Origin: Chrysomallon squamiferum
Taxonomy: Eukaryota; Animalia; Mollusca
Direction: 5' to 3'
Length of the DNA stretch: 64,000 bases
Assembly: GCA_012295275.1 (NCBI GenBank)
Contig: CM022671.1
Span: 13,826,001 to 13,890,000 of the forward strand
In this document: piece by piece, positions 40,574 through 64,000 of the stretch
How positions within the stretch are numbered: position 1 is the stretch's first letter
How the letters are laid out: each line of letters starts with the position of its first letter
Translations under genes and position numbers: made by a program
Notes under the pieces: generated by a model
Seen by the model: only the letters and a program-made list of their open reading frames with translations
The model's database searches: none
What the model was told of the DNA's origin: nothing

Positions 40574-42775
40574 TGTTGTTAATTAGTTGCCCATTGCATG
40601 TCGTTTACAACCCAAAACCAGATGTTATGTTTCTACATGTAAAGTTAAATATTTTACTTGGGGTTATCTGCGTGAGAAATCAGAACGCATTTATCGCAAA
40701 TTCTAACACGTTCATTCACGTTTTATTCTGCTATTGTGATATATATGCCTGTAGTACGATTAATCATTGATACAATACAAACAAGTATGTATTAAAATAT
40801 TTACCGGTAGAGATATATAGATATAAATCCCAAACAACAACGGTGCAATACAATACCATATTGTTCAGTGAGAGGTACATTTTGCCACATGCAGAGCAGT
40901 TACGTTGATTTAAAGACGTTTTGTCTTGGTTCATGGAAGTAAAATTTAATATAAATTATAATGCATGAATAAAATCAAGAAATGAAAAAAAAAATTAAAT
41001 TAAAAAATTAAAAAGTTAAAATTACAGTAATAAAATATAAATAAATAAATAAATAAGACAATTTCGTTTGGTCTGTGTAAGACATAAAAACGTAATTATA
41101 TATGTATATTATTTGTACACACACAGCAAATTGTTCGTTCAGTAATTTTTAATGGATAAGGAAGGCAAGAATGTTTTAAAAGTGTAAAGTTAATGAGATA
41201 GGAAACTTGTCTCTGCCCACGTGCAAAGAGCTACTCTTTATCAGCGATCATGTATAAGCATCTGTCCAAGGATAGGAAACCGTGTCTTTTGATAAACCTC
41301 TTGTGGAGTTCTATCTAGAATGGGAAATGGTAATTAATTTAGAAAGCCTGGGTTTAGAATGTATATGAGTTAAGTACATAGCTTATATTGAATGAGAATA
41401 TTATTTTTTATTGGTTGAAAATGGTTTTGAATACGGTGTAAAGTAGATATAAACTACAAAATATTTATCATAGACATGCTTTATAATTAATGATAAAAAT
41501 TAATTTGTTTTTAAAATAAATGTAAAATAAATGAATATCAATAAAGATAAACAATCAAGCAAGAGGTATAAAATAACTTTATTTCATACAACAAGGTTTT
41601 TAATATGTTGTGATATAAAAGAAAAAAGATGGTAACAGTCCTCAAGTACTAATGAGTAGACACACAAACTAGGAGATCAAAATGTCTAGTGCATCACAAT
41701 ACACAAATAAACACAAAAGTCTATCACACTCTGAAATCAAATATTTAAATTAATATCAGATAATACCAAATTATGTAAAGTTAAAAATAGTTTCTAAAAT
41801 TATAGCTGAATCAGGATTTGGATTCAATACTGAACAAAATAAATAAATAAACACAGAGACTTTTATATGATATTGCATACATATGTTTTCAATTTTATTT
41901 ATTTATTTTTTTTTTTTCAATATAAAGACAGTAAAAAAAAGAAAAAAGATTCATTACAGAAAATGTATAATAAATAAAAAACGTTTTAAAATTATGTTGG
42001 ATTTTCTGAAAACATGCATGCACTTGAATTGTCAAAAACAACAAAGCAAGAATAATAATAATAATATAATAACAATAATAATAAAGGTTAACTTTATAAT
42101 ATATTAAAATTATTTCCTGGCATTACTATTGTCTAACACTGATTTGTATTTCTAATGATAGCCAGTAAGATTTACCTCCCTTCAGCCCACATTACAAAAC
42201 AACTTCAACTAGAGGTAAGCATAAAACAATTGATTTTGTTTATTAAATTTCATTGACAAACACAGATCTTAATATTTCTTCTGAATCACATTTTGCAACA
42301 ATTGAAAATTATCACATTAATGCTGTTTAAAATAAATGTATAAATCAATAAATGTATAAAGTAATAAATAAAAATATAAAAAAATTATGAAACTGATGAT
42401 AGTAACAACAGAAGAAAGAATTGTATTTAACAAAACAAATTTAAATTTAAAAATTGAAAGAAAAACAGAATATGAACTGCTTTCCAGATTTAACTTTATT
42501 TGACGATGTGTACAAAAATTTAAAAAGAATAAATAAAACAGTATGTATCATAGCCAATGTATTTTCAAAGTCTGACATTATTTTTTATCACTTATATTTA
42601 CTAAATTGACATTATTCAAAAATAATTGATAAAATTTTAAAGACCAATCCATAATTCAGTTTATAATTAAAAGGAATAACAAAACAAACCCAAATTCTAT
42701 TTGATGGGTAAATGAGATGATTATGTAAAATTTAATATTCTGTTTGATATTTGTTTGGTTTTACTTTCAAAATAA

Positions 42776-42820
<45 letters not shown>

Positions 42821-45586
42821 TAAAAAAACATAAATAATAAATAAATTATTATAACATAAACAGTATTATTTCTGAATTCATTCACAATTATTGCAACATT
42901 AAAGTTTTTAAAAAATCAGTAACAACATTAAGATCTTAAAGTAATAACATTTTAAAATAATAATAATTAAAATAAAGCAATAAAACAACCAACAGAAATC
43001 TTTTTTTAAGAAAAACAAGAAAATATGAATTTAAAAAAACATTGTTGACATAGAAAATAAAAATTCATACACTGAGGTGCACTGAAACTAACAGTCCTCT
43101 ACAAACTGACAGACACACAGACTCACTGTGTTTTTACACTCACTGTGGTTTATGAAAACATTTATAAAGATACGGGGGAATGATGAATTAAAATGATTTT
43201 AAAAACAACACAGCTGTGAAGCTTTTTTATACAGTTAGGATATTTATGGTTTATGAAAAGTGATAAAAATAGGAATATATATTTTTCACTCCATTAAATT
43301 ACTTTTTAAAATTAAAAACAAAATGAACATATTGAAATAAAAAAGCATGAAACCTCTAAAACAAAGAAAAAATCCTTAAAGAGAAAAACAAATGATAAAG
43401 TATAAACAAATGTTGATATTATCATATACTCTGGTGTTACCTGTACATATTATTAAATATTTACAAGGTAGTTAATAAATATTATGAAATCACCACAACT
43501 ATAAATAGGAAAACGTAACCACTATACAATTTCTTTTCACTCCATATTTCAATTGTTTTTAATATAATAAGAAAATTTGTATAAGGTTTACTGAACACTT
43601 GTACCAATATCATGGGAATGTTTTTTTTTTTTCTTTTTTAAATGTATTATTTTTAAATAATGATAATAATAATATACAAATAAATATAATAACAATAATT
43701 ATAATAATACTAAAATAATAATGAAGAAAAAAAAAATAGTAATAAGTAAACAAATATGTAAAAATATTAGAGAGTAAATTAAGGTAAACTGGAATAACAA
43801 ATGGAGTTATTACAGTATCACACTCACTAGCAGGTAACTTAAAATGGTTTCATTCTGTTACATGGTTAGAATGTATGTTTAAAGAGCTGTGGAGACACTG
43901 AAACAAGATGAACTCAGTATTTGCTTACACACATAGCGGTGATGTTCGTGCATATTTTCCTTAAGTGGATTTTTTCATAATTTGTGAGTGAAGAGAGAGA
44001 GAACTAGAGAAATAAAATGAAATTAAATAAGTGCCGATGTTGTGAAAGTATTGTAATATCTTTAATATTATTTATACTGACCTAAATAATAACAATATTT
44101 CATAGATTAATGCAACTATATTTTTTCCCAAGATACTGAATATTAAAAAAAAGAAGAAAAAAGATATTATGTATTTTTAGGGATAATTATGTATCTGCTA
44201 TACTTTATACTGAGCCAAATAATAATCAGTTTCTAGTGTTCTATTGTCTTTTTCACCAATTTCATTTAATTTTAATGAAAACTGCTACAAAATGAAAATG
44301 TTTGAAAAACATTATTGCACTATACTTGATATTGCACTATGAATCATTCTATTGCACATTATGTAAATACAAATCAGTTTTAAAAATCCATACACATTAA
44401 ATGAATTTTATTAATGCTTCAGAGAACCTTCAACCAAAAGAGACACACACACACACACATCCAGAAAAACCTCGGAATTGAATGTGAACTGACCAAAAAA
44501 GAAAAGAGATTAAAAATAAATTCAAATCTGACTAAAATACACTTTACTATGTGCATGTGTGTAAGCACACACACACACACACAGTCACACACACATACAC
44601 ACATACATGTAAATTAGATTGAATTTTACACTGTAAACCATGAAATAAAACATGAAGGTTTGTCACAGTTCAAATTAAATTATGTGAAACAGAAATAATA
44701 AGACTTCTGTGTTTTCTGCTGAACAAAACAAAATAGTTAAAAAAAACATATTAACAATACTAACAAATATTATATTATACTACTTACAACAAAGGTCCAG
44801 CTTTGTTCTATTTTTGGTTTTTCACAAATTAAAATATATTATGAATAAACTATATTATTGTTATCTAAAACATAAATGCATTGTCTTTGAAAAATTAATA
44901 TATAAATTAAAATTACAATGATAAAATCAGTTTTCAAATATTTCTGCTTTGGGATGTGTGTTTATAATTGCCCACTTCACCATGTTGACCAGTCCACTGT
45001 CAGAATACATGTAATACAACATTTACTGGACAAAACAGTGTACTGGTACAAACATATTTTTATAAGATACTTATTAGAAATGAGCCATATATGTAATAAT
45101 ATCTCAAATAACATGAAAAGTGGAGAAAGCTGCAATTATATATGACCTAGGCAGCAAACACACACACGCAAATGTTTCTGCTTCTCTGTATGAACCTAAT
45201 TTCTAACATTTAGCAGATTAATGATATATAAATTAAAAGGTTCTTCTTTACTTACATATTATATATATAAAAAAAATATTTATTATTTCACTGTGAAATA
45301 TTAACACTAAAAACAGTTAACCACATTGAATTTAACAACAGTCAGTAAGTTATATTTAGTATTATTCAACAGTATAATATCACATCAGTAACATCAAATG
45401 GTTACTCACAGAAACCAAAACTTGTTTGGATTTTAAAAAAAAACAATACATTTTTTAAATTCAGAAATAATTTATACTTTAGAAATTCACATTTTAAACA
45501 ATATTTATACTAATATACAGTATTAATACAAAACATGAACAAATGTGGTTAAAAATATATTATGTGAAAAATTAATACAGCATAAC

Positions 45587-45812
45587 CAGTGGTGTGCAGA
45601 CGGGGTGGCCAAAGGGGAGAAAAGAACTTGATAAACTTGGTTCATTTATATTTAAATCAAATAAAGTGTTTATTTTATGTTTCATCTGTGTTTACATATT
45701 CAAGATATCTTCCTTTCTTGTAATGTTTCTCAGTACCAGGTCATATACTTGAGTCTTTGGGGCACACAATCAAGGAGTTGGCCCCAGGCATCACCAGACC
45801 TCTGCACCACTG
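45587..45812. mobile_element. hAT-type MITE, 226 bp
   Basis: TIRs CAGTGGTGTGCAGA ... TCTGCACCACTG. 8-bp flanks AGCATAAC / AGGATAAT (6/8). G-rich left and C-rich right sub-termini. Confidence 0.7.
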
Positions 45813-46157
45813 AGGATAATGTTTATAAAGTATACTTTAACTATGATAAATATATTTTAATTTTTAAATAAGTTAATTTTAAATGAAAAAATAAATAGTG
45901 TAAGCTAATATTTGTCAGAAATAAATGCTGTGGTTTAAACTTACAATTTTAAATACATTAATAAGTCAATTCTAACTGTAAAAAAAATTTAAAAAGGTAT
46001 ATTTCACACAAACATACAAACATGAAAGCTCTGGATTAGGAAATAAATATTGTATATGTTTAAAAAAAAATGTAAGTAAGTACAGTTTTACATACAAATA
46101 ATAATATTTCTTAAATACAATCAATAAGCAGTTATTTACATAATGGAAGGTAGTTTT

Positions 46158-46288
46158 AAAATTAACACAACCACTGTTGTTTTGTATAGACACTCTAACA
46201 AATGTTTTAAAAGAAATATAATTAAAAAGTAGATCTTAAATTAACATAACCACTGTTGTTTTGTATATGCATTCTAACAAATGTTTCA
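46158..46288. repeat. Two ~50-bp direct repeats
   Basis: AAATTAACA(C/T)AACCACTGTTGTTTTGTATA...TCTAACAAATGTTT occurs at ~46159 and ~46238. Confidence 0.75.
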
Positions 46289-47827
46289 AATTAAAGGCAT
46301 TTTTTTTTTTTTTAATTAGTTGAAAATTAGAAATGTAAGGAAAATCATGGAGTACTAATACCAGTTTGATTTACACACTCATATGTATATATATACACAT
46401 GTAAAATTATATTAACAACAACAAACAATGCTTCTACTAATAAAAATATATATATATAAATAAATAAAAAATTAATTAACTGAAAGCAAATTAATTTTTT
46501 TTTTTTTTTTTTTTTACAGTGTAATAGCATTTTTTCTTAGAATAGTGTGTTCCTATTGTATGTTTTTTATAGGAGGGTATTTAACTTTTTCTTAAGATTA
46601 AAATAACTCCAATAGATACCCAAAATCTTAAAACAAACCATGTGAGATAACAAAGAAATAATAATTAAAATAAATAAGTAATTCTTAGGAATTCAGTGTT
46701 TTTGTTCCAGTGAACAAAGAGTATATATTTTTAACACAGAGAGCACACAGTTTGAGCACCCAAAATGAAATAAATTACTTACTCACAGGGCCAATAATAG
46801 GTTGGATATGTTTCAGATGGTGCACACTTCCTAACAAAAGCTGCAAGCTACTTCAGTTAACAGAGAATAATTTAACAAGTATGAAGTATATTTTTACTAC
46901 AACATTAACACCATGTCAGCTGCTTAGTATGTATATTGATCTAAATTTAAACACTTACATACACCACTTAGAATCAACTGCATTTGCAAGAACATTTTTT
47001 CTCTGAAGCATGTGTAAAATTTTGTGAATGATTAGTATTTGTTAAAAATGTAGTTATAAAACAGCTTTATTTATAAAAATGTGATGACAAAAAAAAAAAT
47101 TAAAAAAAAATTTAAGATAAATGTTTGAAAGTGTAACACAGTTTTGAAACTTGTTTCTATACATTTTGGAGAAAATGGTGTACAATATAACAGGTTTTAA
47201 TTTGTTTTGTTTTTTTAAAGGTAAAGCTCCAACATTTTCTAACCATGGGAAAGACAAAAAGTCCAAACATGTTACAAAGTTGAAAATAATGTACAGGTAC
47301 TGAACCAGTTACCTGGCACACTTGAGACCAGAGATTGTCTGGATTTCTGGATTTGTCTGATTTCTGTATACAGGCTATATCTTTATTTAAAATGTAAAGA
47401 AAACTAAGTAATGAAAAGTCAAGAATAAAATTGTAATTAACAGACAGAAACTGATACACTTTTAAAGCAGTGTCTGTTTAATCTTTATTGATTTATTTAA
47501 AGTACCTCTAGAGAGTATGCTTTTCACTATGTATTGTTTTTACTTGTCTTTTACAATCAATGAAAATAAGAGTAAACTAAAATAAATGAGCATCTAAATC
47601 AAAAGTATCCGATTTAAAAAACTGCCAGTTTTCTGGATTTCTGGAAATGTGACAAATGATTTGGTACCTGTAATTGGTGATGGTGAAAAATATTGAAGAT
47701 AAAATTTTCTTAAAGGACTGAACAATTAAAAACATGTTGAAATACTGTTTTACAGAATAGTGTACTAGGTGAAAGGCAGCTCACAGCTTTGATAGGAAGA
47801 TAAACTCTAACAAAGTAATAACACTGG

Positions 47828-63695
<15,868 letters not shown>

Positions 63696-64000
63696 CTGAA
63701 ACATGTCACATTTAGTTTTATTTATTAGAAAAAACCCACAGTGAATCACCTGACTAAATAAATAAAAATGTTTTCAATCTTGTCAATTTTGTAACAAATT
63801 AATATAGTGGTATCCAAAACATATATAAAATTTAGAAATTTCTGAAGATATTTAAAAAATAAAGATAAAATATTTATAACAAATAAATGACTCAAATGAA
63901 TTATCATAAAATTATGCATCTGGTCTACAAATGTTGATGTATATTGAATATGTTGATGTATGTTGAATATTCTTTATCATATTTTTTAAAGAACAAACAG

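Larger units (their letters stand above)
41560..47827 (-). other. Probable long (~6 kb) 3' UTR of the alpha-2/delta gene
   Basis: Runs from the stop codon at 47828 through CpG-depleted sequence that is U-rich on the minus strand, to a minus-strand AATAAA (plus TTTATT, 41578-41583) near where CpG depletion ends. Earlier polyA sites are possible. Confidence 0.45.

Noticed and set aside
41200-41330. Possible degenerate SINE-like repeat resembling one I recall from gastropod genomes
   Set aside because: The resemblance is from memory only, the sequence is heavily degenerate, and there is no second copy in the window to confirm it.

Overview
AT-rich, intron-containing animal genomic DNA. It is probably a mollusc or other lophotrochozoan, which I infer from gene content and a mosaic CpG pattern. 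Four multi-exon protein genes were rebuilt by hand with phase-consistent splice sites. (1) A Pak3-like group I p21-activated kinase (PAK-A, +, CDS 4547-8104, 505 aa). (2) A tandem paralog with the same exon phases (PAK-B, +, CDS 16196-19529, 399 aa). It keeps all catalytic motifs but has lost the CRIB core and has a remodelled P-loop, P+1 loop and alphaG region. (3) A single-pass CUB-LDLa receptor with a PPxY tail (-, 20924-25484; signal-peptide exon not located). (4) The 3' 23 exons of a voltage-gated calcium channel alpha-2/delta subunit (-, 47828-63695), with a GC-AG intron, two microexons and a GPI signal. CpG is depleted over about 1-3 kb, 4.3-12.1 kb and 41.5-64 kb but not over about 12.2-41.4 kb, consistent with mosaic gene-body methylation, and the two PAK paralogs fall on opposite sides. 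Repeats include hAT MITEs, a Tigger end, a Harbinger/MADF relic, a hAT-associated 42-bp minisatellite at two loci, a ~480-bp dispersed repeat and many microsatellites. The most interesting candidate is the CRIB-less PAK duplicate. No database searches were possible, so family calls rest on recognised motifs and recalled reference sequences.
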